From assembly GCA_047495785.1 (NCBI GenBank), contig JBLDXI010000018.1, positions 248,001 to 312,000 of the forward strand: a stretch of 64,000 bases of DNA. The letters are read 5' to 3'. Source of the DNA: Lepidodermella squamata. Lineage: Eukaryota > Animalia > Gastrotricha. Positions 46,101 through 58,100 of the stretch are shown piece by piece (position 1 is the first letter of the stretch; the number at the start of each line of letters is the position of its first letter). The notes below the pieces were generated by a model that ran no database searches, was not told the origin of the DNA, and saw nothing but the letters and a program-made list of their open reading frames with translations. A program made the translations under genes and the position numbers.

Positions 46101-49100
46101 GAATCTCTTATACATTTTTTACAATTTTTCTTGATTTTTTTCAGATTCTTCTCCGGCCTTGCGCAATCCGGCGCTTGGTGCTGCTTTGACGAGTTCAACC
46201 GTATCGATATCGAAGTATTGTCCGTCATTGCCCAACAGCTGATCACGATTCGAAACGCTAAAGCAGCCAAACTTCAACGTTTCATGTTCGAAGGCCGTGA
46301 AATCAAACTTTTGCCAACTTGCTCAGTCGTAAGTATCAAATTTCGACCCTGAATTTCCTCTTAACAATGAAAGGCAAAATCTATTCGAAAATCGATCTTA
46401 ATATCGAAATTCGAGAAGGAAATTGGGTTTCAATTGAAATACTCCAATCAAATTTCAATTTTAAATTTTAAAAACTTTTTATTTGAATTTTTATCAAATT
46501 TTGTTCCATTTTCCTTCCAGTTTATCACAATGAATCCTGGCTATGCTGGTCGTACCGAACTTCCAGACAACTTGAAAGCGCTGTTCCGCCCCATCGCTAT
46601 GATGGTGCCCGACTACAAACTCATCGCCGAAGTCATTTTGTACTCGGAAGGCTTCGAAACCTCGAAACCACTGTCGCAGAAGATGGTCCAAATGTACAAG
46701 TTGTGCTCGGAACAACTCTCCCAGCAAGACCACTACGATTTCGGTATGCGAGCCGTCAAATCTGTCCTCGTCATGGCCGGCTCACTGAAGCGGCAAAACC
46801 CGGACAAGCGTGAAGACGTCGTGCTAATCCGAGCGTTACGCGACTCGAATCTGCCGAAATTTTTGAAGGATGACGCTGTTTTATTCAAGGCGATTCTTCA
46901 AGATTTATTCCCGGGAGTTGAGCTGCCCGAACATGACTACGGCCGTCTGCTGAGCGAGATCGAATCCGTGATTAAAGGCCGCGGTTTCCAGGTGGTCGAG
47001 TCCCAAACTCGCAAGATCATTGAGCTGTACGAGACGATGATAGTCCGTCACGGTGTGATGTTAGTCGGCCCAACCGGGGGTGGCAAAACGGTTTGCTACC
47101 AAATCCTAGGCCAGGTTTTGACAAATCTCCACAAGGCGAAGTTGCCGAACGCGTTCTACCAACCAGTCCATACGTACGTAATGAACCCGAAATCGGTAAC
47201 TATGGGCGAGTTGTATGGTGATTACGATAAGTTGACCATGGAATGGCACGACGGCCTCATGGCGATCATCGTCCGTGTCGGCGTGAATGACACAACCGAG
47301 GACCACCAGTGGATCGTTTGCGACGGCCCAGTCGATGCGTTGTGGATTGAAAACATGAATTCAGTCCTTGATGATAACAAACTGCTGTGCCTCGCCAATT
47401 CTGAGCGAATTAAATTGACAAATTTCATCCATATGATGTTCGAAGTTCAGGATCTGGCTGTCGCGTCGCCGGCCACTGTCTCGCGATGCGGCATGGTCTA
47501 CATCGACCCGGCCGAACTGGGTTTCATGCCGTTCGTGAAAACGTGGGCGAAACGCAAGTTGGAGGGCCGCGTTAGGACGGAGACGTTCGACTATATAATT
47601 GGGCTGTTCGAGCGATTCGTTCAGGATGGCATCAATTTCGTAAAGAAAAAGTGCCAGGAGATGATTCAGCAGGTTGATATTTCTAAGGCGACTACACTGT
47701 GTAAACTCCTTGAAGCACTCCTCCTTCAACCAGGTGCGTTTTAATGAAAATTGTGAACTGGGAAATTTTTTACTTGTAACTGAGCTTTTATTTCCTCAAA
47801 ACTGATAGAGGATTCCATCAAATTATTTAGTCTACTCCATTTTCTAATTGTGAATCAGTTCTGCGAAATGTCCGCAAATTTAAATAACGCAAATTTACTT
47901 GGAGAATACAGGAAGATGAAAGCTATTTTTTTCTCAATTTTGCCGGTACTTTCGACGGGGAAAATTTAGGCTATTTTCGTTTGGCATTGAGCCCTAATCT
48001 GAGAGTTTGTTGTTTACTAGGATCTCCGTTCCTAATTAAAAAGAAAACCAAGCCCGACGGTCCGTTTACGAATCCATCTTCAAATTTCTCTACACAAAAT
48101 TTGAGCACTTTCTAAAAAATTTATTTATGTCCTGTTTTGAAACAAAAATGGTTCACAAAATCACATCTTCAAACGAGCGGTCTTTTATCGGCACATTTTC
48201 GAATAATTTTTCAATTCTTATTCGTTGAAATTTGAATTGCAATTCTAAACAATATTTTTTCATTTTGATTCAGTTCTTCATATTTTAAATAATTGTTGGG
48301 TATTTTATTAACTAGGAGGCCCTGATCTATCTATGGACGATTCGCGTCTCAACCCAATGCTGTGCACGACCTTCGTATTCTCGTACCTATGGTCGGTGGG
48401 CGGCAACATCTCCGACTCGAACTGGGACATTTTCGAGGCGTTCATCCGGTCGCAATTCGAAGAATTCCCCGACGCCAAGCTGCCAACCTCCGGCGACTTG
48501 TGGTCCTACTACATGGACTACACGACGCGGCGCATGGACATGTGGGAGCGCCGCGTGCAGCCGTTCAAATACTCGAAAGACGTGCCTTACTTCGAAATGT
48601 TAGTGCCAACAGTCGATACAGTTCGATACGGCTTCCTACTCGAGATGCTGCTGACAGTTAACCAGCCGGTCCTATTCACGGGTAATACCGGGGTCGGTAA
48701 ATCGGTAATTGCCCGCGAGGTGTTGAACAAAGCGACCGAGCGCTGCAATTTCGTGCCGGTTTTCATTAACTTCTCAGCGCAGACTTCGTCGAAACGAACG
48801 CAGGAAATGATTGAGGGAAAACTCGAGAAACGGAAAAAGAACGTGATCGGCGCGCCGCACGGCAAGCGGATCATCATTTTTGTCGATGATTTGAACATGC
48901 CAAAATTGGATACTTACGGCTCTCAGCCGCCGATTGAGTTGTTGCGGCAGATGGTGGATTTCGGTGGAACTTACGACCGATTGACGATGACGTGGAAGGA
49001 GATTCAAGATGTGATCCTTGCGGCGGCTTGTGCACCGCCTGGTGGTGGCCGAAACCCGGTTACGCCCAGGTTTTTGCGGCATTTTTCGATGCTGACCATC

Positions 49101-52100
49101 CCATCAGCATCAGACTACGTTCTCAAGCATATGTTTACGGTAAATTTCCTGCTTAATTTGCTAAATTTTAAAGGTCCATTTTGAATTTCCGGTTCTTGAT
49201 CTAAAGATTCAGCTTTTTTATTGGTCTATGGGAACCCCTTGAACTTTGAACTCCGAGAATTGGGGTTCCCTAGAAATCCCGAAAATGTGGTGTTGAAATT
49301 TAGAGAATTTATAAAATTTAGAGCCAAAAGTTGAAAAAGTTTCAAGAAAGATCTCTTACTTTTTGAACTCGATGAATGCTCGAAGTCGTAAAATTGGAAA
49401 ATAATGTCAAATATCAATATCATCACAATGAAATTCGCTAATTTAGCTCTTTAATCACATAATCTAATCAAGATTCTCTAACCATCGAAGTCCAATCGAA
49501 GAGTATAGAATCGAAGCTCGAACCTAAATACTGATTTCAAATTTCAGCCCTAAAGCCCAAAGCCCTAAATCCGGGAAAAAACAATGAAGCCGGAATTTGT
49601 ACAATTCTCAAAATTTTATTTTCAAATAATTTAATTTTTTCTAAATTTTCAGTCAATTTTGGGCGGATTCTTGAACGATTTCCAACCGCAAGTGCGTCAA
49701 TGCGCCGAAGCCGTGGTGTCAGCCGCCGTTGAAATCTACGCCCGCATGTCGACCGACCTGCTGCCCACACCAGCCAAGTCGCACTACGTCTTCAACCTGC
49801 GCGACTTGTCTAAATGCATCCAGGGCGTTCTGCAAGTCGACGCTTCAATCATCCGCGAACCGAAACAGCTGTACCGGCTGTTTTTCCACGAATCCCAACG
49901 CGTTTTCCACGACCGTCTCATCAACAACGAGGACAAGATGTACTTCTACCAAATTTTGGTTGAAATGGCTCAGAAGCATTTCAACGAAAATCACCAGGTT
50001 GAAACTTTCCAGACGGCGCCGATTATTTTCGGCGATTTTATGAAAATGGGCGCGAACCAGGAGGATAAATTCTACGAAGAAATAACAAATATGGACAAGT
50101 TGAAGGCGATTTTACAGGATTATCTGGACGACTACAACCTCGTGAATAACAAGGATGTTAAACTCGTGTTTTTCCTCGACGCCGTCCAGCACGCGGCTCG
50201 AATTGCGAGAATGATCCGCCAGGCCCGGGGTAACGCCCTCCTCGTCGGCGTCGGCGGTACCGGAAAGCAGTCGATGACGCGGTTAGCCGCCCACATTTGC
50301 GGCTATCGGTGTTTCCAGATCGAACTGACGCGCGGCTACGATTACACGGCTTTCCACAACGATTTGAAGAAGTTGTACACATTTGCGGGGGTTAACAATG
50401 AGAACACGGTGTTTTTGTTCACCGATACGCAAATTGTGGTCGAGGAGTTTTTGGAGGATGTTAACAACATGTTGAATTCTGGCGAGGTGCCGAATTTGTT
50501 CGAGCCTGATGAGTATGAACGGCTGATTATTGGCTGCCGGCCAGCGGCGAAGGAAGTCGGTATCGCTGAGGGCAATCGCGATGGCATCTACGAGTTTTGC
50601 ATCAACCGTGTTAGGTAAATTTAAATTTGATTTTTTTTATCTCAGACCAGCATAAAATTGCGAATTTTTCTTCAAGTTCAGTTATTACGGTAACCGTAAA
50701 TTTGTTGTTTCATCACTTTGTCTAATATCACGAAATAAGGAATGATTTATCAGCAAAATTTAAATAGCAGGATACAAGTTAATATTGAAGCTGAAATTAA
50801 AATTTTATAATAGGTTCACAGAATTTGAAATCAGAATCCAGAAATTATTTGTAACATCTGTGAGCTTGAAAATCGTGATAATTAGTATAGAAAGTAAAAC
50901 TGTAGAATCTATAAAATTTCTAATTTAAATTTTATGAAATTGAAACTTAACTTTTGAAAAAGGCGGAGTTGTTATTTGTTATGGTTCGGGTTAACGAGGA
51001 GCAGTTTTAGTCTTCAACGGGAATGTCAAATAACCATCGATTGAGCCTGTCCGGATTTTCGAAAACAATTAAACATAAAAAAATCGATTAATAATAGCAA
51101 TTAGATCGTTACGTCGAAATGGTAAATCGTCCCAACTTTTAAAATGTCGATTTCTTCAATATTTGACTGTGAAGCCCGGTTTCTTAGCTGAAACCAGGTA
51201 TAGCTCAAGCTCAAGATTCCTGGTTCTTTATCTGTGAAGCGGCATTAAAATCTCATCAAATAAAAAACTTGGCCGAATTGTTGCGGATGACTTGGGTACT
51301 TTTACTTGGAGCTAATGGATAACCCAAAAATGCTAGAAAAATGAAACATTTGTCTATCAAGGACGTGGGAAAAGCTGACAAAAGTTGAAAATATCCGGAA
51401 CTTGAAATTTTGAACTCGAATTTTCACTTCCAAGTCCAAATCACACGGTCGCGTTTTTCACACCTTTTTCAATTTGAATTCAAAATTTCAAATGTTTTCC
51501 TTTCTGTATTTTTTCTTAGGAATAACTTGCACGTAGTGCTGTGCATGTCGCCGGTTGGCGCTGCCTTCCGAACGCGCTGCCGCATGTTCCCATCGCTGGT
51601 CAACTGCTGCACAATCGACTGGTTCAGCGAGTGGCCGAGCGAGGCGCTGCTCAGCGTCGCTAAAATGTTCTTCGTCAGCGTTGACCTCGGCGGCGATTAC
51701 TGCGACAAAATCTCGCAAATGTGCGTCGAAATTCACACGAGCGTGCAAGAAGTCGCCGCTCGGTTCCAGGCCGAACTCAAGCGATACTACTACACAACGC
51801 CCACTTCGTACCTTGAACTCATCAATTTATACCTATCGCTACTGGCCGATAAACGTAAAGAGTTGACTTCGGCCCGGGATCGAATTCAAACTGGTCTGCA
51901 TAAGCTGTTGGATACGAATGAGTTGGTCGCGAAAATGGAGCAGGAACTCGTGGCGCTTGAGCCGGAGTTGAAGAAAAAGAGCCAGGAAACGGATGAGTTG
52001 ATGGAGCGGTTGGCGGTTGACCAGGCCAAGGCTGATGCTGTGCGACAGGTCGTCAAAGTTGACGAGAGTGTGGCGAGGCAGAAGGCCGATGAAACTCAGG

Positions 52101-55100
52101 CGATTGCCGATGATGCCCAACGCGATTTGGACGAGGCGCTGCCAGCTTTGGAAGAATCTCTCAGGGTAAGTCTCGAATTCGTTTAATTGATTGAAAAATC
52201 GATCGAAATTCGCATCTCAAGTTGTTTAGAATTGTATTTGAAATTGAATATGTCCCTAATCTTGTTATTTTTCAGGCTCTCGATGCGCTGGACAAGAACG
52301 ATATTTCTGAAATCCGTGTCTTCAAAACACCGCCCGAGTTGGTACAGACCGTCATGGAAGCTGTCTGCCTGCTTCTTGGTGCCAAGTAAGTAAAACCATG
52401 ATTTTTAGTCCCAATTCTTTCAATTGCTTCTGTAAATTCGTTGATAAGATTGCATTTGAAAATTAGAATTTTGCAATTTTTGATGATTTATTTTACGATT
52501 TTAGGCAAGATTGGAAATCTGCTCAGGGTGTTTTGGGCGATCCCTATTTCCTAAAACGCCTAGTCGAGTACGATAAAGACCACATCTCACAGCCCGTGCT
52601 TCAAAAGCTGAAGAAATACATCGACAACCCGCGTTTCACGCCCGAAGCTGTCGAAAAAGTATCTCGAGCTGCGAAATCGCTGTGCATGTGGGTGCGCGCT
52701 ATGGACAAGTACTCGTTCGTGTTCAAGACTGTGCAGCCGAAGAAGGAGAAATTAGCAGCGGCTCAGGCTGAATTGGACGCTGTAATGTCTACTTTGAGGG
52801 ATAAGCAACAGAAATTGGCTGATGTCGAGGCGCAAATCGCTGCGCTACAGCAAGCCTACGACGAGTCGGTTGCCGAGAAAAAACGACTTGAGGTAAAATA
52901 ATTATTTTAAACTGATGAAATGCGTTGAAAATTGTGGAAAATATTCAATTTTTATATTTCTGAAATAATTGAAATTTAAAAAATGAAAATTCATTTCCGA
53001 ATTTTTACAAATTTCTAGGATTTGACGTTCAAAGTTGCAATTTGAATTTATTTTTTATCTAGATTAATATTGCAACTACCCAAGCTCGTTTACGCCGTGC
53101 GGGTAAGCTGACAACCGCGCTCAGTGACGAACAAGGTCGTTGGAAGGAGTCGATCGAGCGCTTCAACAAGGAACTCGGCGATGTAGTGGGCAATGTGTTC
53201 GTATCAGCGGCCTGCATTGCCTACTATGGCGCGTTCACGTCTAATTATCGCGTTGAATTGGTCGAGCGATGGACTCATCGATGTGCCGAACTTGAACTGC
53301 CCATCACACCTGGCATGACGCTGGTCTCGGTCATGGCCGATCCGTTCGAAGTCCGCCAATGGAATGCCGATGGACTGCCTCGAGATCAGGTAAACCTTTA
53401 AACTCATCCTAAATGTTTGTCCAAACAACATTCACTCTTCGAAACGATTCTATTGGCTTTTCTTGGCGTCTCCGAACTTTTTGAGAACGGCTCAAATTTG
53501 GGACATATTTTGATCAAAGTCTGATCTGATATCGCTTGAATTATTTAGCGTGGTATGGGAAATTTCAATCCAATTTGAGAAATTCTGAGCCATTTTTGAT
53601 CGCAACTTGATCTGGTTCTTTTAATTTGATCGACATTTGATCGATTATACATCAATTTTGATGTTTTGATCATTATTTGAATTTATCTGTGGTCAGCTTT
53701 GATCTGCGTTTGATGTTTTTCGAATCGATAGTTTATTTTTGAAAATTTGATCCGAATCACTTATAAATGTCATTTTCCGATTTTTCAAGGTATCGACTGA
53801 AAATGCAATTTTGGCGACGCGATCCCGCCGCTGGCCCCTCTGTATTGACCCTCAAGAGCAAGCAAATCGTTGGATTCGTAACCGCGAGAACAAGAACAAC
53901 TTGCGTGTCATGAAGCTGACTGAATCTGGATTTTTGCGGCACCTTGAAAATTGCATCCGAGTCGGTATACCAGTTCTCATGGAAGATATCGGCGAGCAGT
54001 TGGATCCATCCCTTGAACCAATCCTCCTCAAACAAACTTTCAACAGCGTAAGCTATAAATTGAAATATAATGTTTTCAAAATATTTCTTTTTGTAATTTC
54101 TCGCTCATTCATTTGATTTGTTTGACTTTTCAGTTTTACAAAAGGGTCGACAATATATTTGATGCATACAAGAATAAATCTTCAGGAGTAATAACAATAT
54201 TGCATATTACATATAGCCTTAAATCGTTACAATAATCGTCTCGTGACTTTGATGTTAGATTTTATTAGAAAAATACTCGTTATAGTGGTCTGCCTTTATG
54301 GGATTTTGCATGCTGCGGTATCAAATATTGGAAAGATTCCGTTGAAGATTGATGCGAAATGGGAATTTTAGCAATTTCTTGTAGTTTTTTTAATTTTTGT
54401 TTGGGCATGAAAAAGTATTGAATTAATATTTTTCTTTAATATTATAGCTAGATTCATTTTTTGTTAAATTTCATAGTATATTAGATCAATTTTTTCAATG
54501 CCACTAAATTTTCTTTATTATTTGAAAATACAGGGTGGTCGGTTGTTGATCCGCCTCGGCGATACCGATGTCGACTACGATCGAAATTTCAAGTTTTACA
54601 TGACCACAAAATTGTCAAACCCGCATTACCTACCCGAAGTGTCGATCAAAGTCACAATCATCAACTTCACCGTAACAAAATCCGGCCTCGAGGACCAAAT
54701 TCTCAGCGACGTAGTCCGCATCGAACGGCCAGATTTGGAGGAGCAGCGCAACCAACTGATCGTTAAAATCAACTCGGATAAAGTCCAGCTGAAATCGATT
54801 GAAGACAAAATTCTTCGAATGCTGTTCGAATCTGAGGGGAATATTTTAGACAACGAAGAGCTGATTAATACGTTGAATGAGTCGAAAGTCACGTCTCAGT
54901 TAATTGGCCAGCGTGTTAAAGACGCCGAGGCGAACGAGGTTAAAATCAACGCGGCCCGTGAAAAATACCGACCAGTCGCCACCCGCGGCTCGGTTATGTA
55001 CTTCGTAGTCGCGAATATGGCCGAAATCGACCCGATGTACCAATTTTCGTTGAAATACTTCAAAAATCTCTTCAACCTCACGATTGAACAAGCGCCGAAA

Positions 55101-58100
55101 TCTGACGATTTGGAGGAGAGGTTGGAAACCCTGATCAACGCAACGACCCTAGCCGTGTATAAAAACGTGGCTCGAGGGTTGTTTGAAAAAGATAAATTGG
55201 TCTTCTCCTTCGTGTTATGCATCGACATTTTGAAGCAAGCCGGGTTAGTTTCGAATACTGAGTGGAACTTTTTCCTGCGTGGGCTAGCCGGGCAGGTGAT
55301 TGACCGCCCGCCGGTACCCGAAAACGTGCCGTGGTTAACGCAAACGGTCTGGAACAATTTGTACGATTTGAGCGAGACAATTCCTGAGCCGTTCAAAAAC
55401 ATCCATCTCGAGGCGGTGAACAACCCTATCATGGTTCAGCTGGGTAATATGACGATCAGGGTGAACCCGGAGAAGTGGGAGGGTTACCAGGGCCCAGCGC
55501 CGGAGCAGCCCTGGAATGAGAAACTCACCCCCTTCCAGAAATTGATGTTACTGAAAGCGGTTAAGGAGCAGCAAACTGTTATGGCTGTCACTGAATTTGT
55601 GCGATCGGTTCAGGGTCAAGCTTTTGTCGAAAGTCCAGCCTCGGATCTGCCGACGCTGTACGAAGATACGGACAACGTGACGCCGTTAGTTTTCGTGTTA
55701 TCGCAGGGTTCCGACCCTATGGGCGCCTTTTTGAGGTTCGCCAAGGAGCGCAATTATTCCGAGCGGGTTCAGTCCATCTCGCTGGGCCAGGGTCAGGGTC
55801 CAGTTGCGGAGAGGCTGATCACGGCTGCGGCGAAATCGGGCGATTGGGTGTTCCTGCAGAATTGCCACTTGGCGCAGAGTTGGATGACGGCGCTGGAGAA
55901 TTTGGTCAAGGACATGGCGGAGACGCCGAAGAACGTGCACCCGGATTTCAGGCTCTACCTGTCTTCGATGCCGGCTGGCCATTTCCCGATCGCGGTACTT
56001 CAGAACAGTGTCAAGGTGACTAACGAGCCGCCGAAGGGCCTGAGAGCAAATATCAAGGTGAGTGGAAAAAAATATTTTTTGAAAACTCGTGAAAAATTAA
56101 AAACACTTTTTAATTTCAAGCATTCTGAATAATGCTTTGTTTGAGGGTGATAATGCCTTTTCTACATTTTCAAATTATTTGCGTCTGTTTTGGACGGTGT
56201 CGATCTTTTCAGAAACTTTTCCTCTTGGTACATTTTGAAATATTGTGAAGATTCAAAATTAGGCTCTGGATGCTAAACATGATCGATAAGTAAAAAGTTG
56301 GAGATGCCGGGGTTTGAACCCGGGACATCTTACATGCAAAGCAAGCGCTCTACCACTGAGCTACATCCCCATGTTGTAAAAGAAAAAGCGGACTATTTCT
56401 AGAATAGAGCGATTGGAGAGTCAGCCATCCAAAAAACATGGCTAGAGTCGAGGTTCCGGCGGGGTTCGAACCCGTGACCTTCTCCGTGTGAAGGAGACAT
56501 GATGACCACTACACTACGGAACCTGGCTTGAAAAAGATAATGATTCCGATCTTCTTTGAAGCTTGGATCCCGCGAGATTTGCTAGTAGAAAAAGTTCCCT
56601 GCCCTGGCCGGGAATCGAACCCTGGCCATGGCGACTTCTTTTGTATATGTTCTTGAGTCGATCCATAAATAATGTGCCCAATCGAAAAAAGATTGAAGCT
56701 GCCCCCTGTGAGGATCGAACTCACGACCTCCAGATTATGAGACTGGCGCTCTAGCCAACTGAGCCAAGGAGGCTGCCTGATGTCGAAGTGTGCCATTTCA
56801 GGAGTTGGGTCGTCATTAATTCAGTGATTGGTTTTGATAGAGAGTCAGAAAAATATATGCAAATCTTACCCGGAACCTTCTGTTTATACAAGAATGATGC
56901 TCTAGTGCTAAGCCACTGAGTCGGCTGATGAAAAACGGATAGATTGAAACTTTTCTAGTCTTTGTTTTGAACCCTGAAATCGAAAAATGTTATCGACCCA
57001 GATGGGACTCGAACCCACAATCTCCGGCTCCGGAGGCCGACGCCTTACCATTAGGCCACTGGGCCGTCGTGGTAGTCCTGTCTCATTACCTCATTTCCAA
57101 GTTTGTTCGTAAATAAGCAGTTTGCATAGCATTATAAAATTCCTTTATTTGTGGAAAATATTTGTTTTGACTATAAATAATGATGACGCATCGTCTAAAA
57201 TGATTCAAAGACGTTTTTCCGAACTTCAAGTGAGCTTAACATGAGATTCCAGCGCATTCCAATGTAGCTTGTTCTAAAGACTGAGCAACTCGTCGGCCAT
57301 TCACTCGGTTGTTGTGTGATTCTGAAATGTGATGACTGATTACTTCTTGCCGAAGAGGCCGCCGATGTTGATGACGGCCTTGTCCCACAGGATGTAGGAG
57401 CAGGCGCGGGCGCCGTCCTCGGGGCACTTGGTCCACTGCGCCTTCCAGCACGTCTTCCAGCACGTGTCCGTGCAGTGGTTGTCGTCGGTGCACAGGCGCT
57501 GGCAGCCGCGGTAGCACTGCGACTCCACCACCATCACCACGTAGATGATGGTGCCGAGCACGAGCAGGCCGAAGAACACGCCCAGCGCCGTGCCGATGAA
57601 ACACTTTTTCCGCGTGCAGCCTTTGTTCTTTTCCTGCTGTTGCTGGTACACGACAACGGGTGCTGCTTGTGGCATCGAGATGGCCGACACAATGTCGCTC
57701 TGGGACGCGCTTTTCGCCCTGTAGTTGTTGCTGCCGATGACTGACATGATTAGATTGCGAATGTAGATTAGATTTACTTAATAGTGTATACAAAAGACTT
57801 GTTGGCTGGTGGTGGTTGACTGAATGAATGAAACGGCGCGCTTGTTCACTTTTTATACGCCTCGCGTTACGGCCGTCGTACCTGACAAGTGAGTCAACGT
57901 GTTAACGTGACGCATGTTTCATGCCGTATATGGTGAGAGCCTGAGAGTTGTTGTAGGAGGCTCTCGCCGTAGCGATTTTTTATTAAAATTCTTGAGGGGC
58001 TTGAGGTTGGGGTGATGAATCACGAACACCTCAGCTACTATGTATTGCTCAGGCTTCGGTTTGGTTATTACTAATTTGCAGTCCAAGGTGACATAAAAAT

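Noticed and set aside
53480-53760. Degenerate TTTGATC repeats in a DNAH6 intron; (ATGTT)n at 18774; (ATC)n at 63828
   Set aside because: Ordinary low-complexity or microsatellite sequence.
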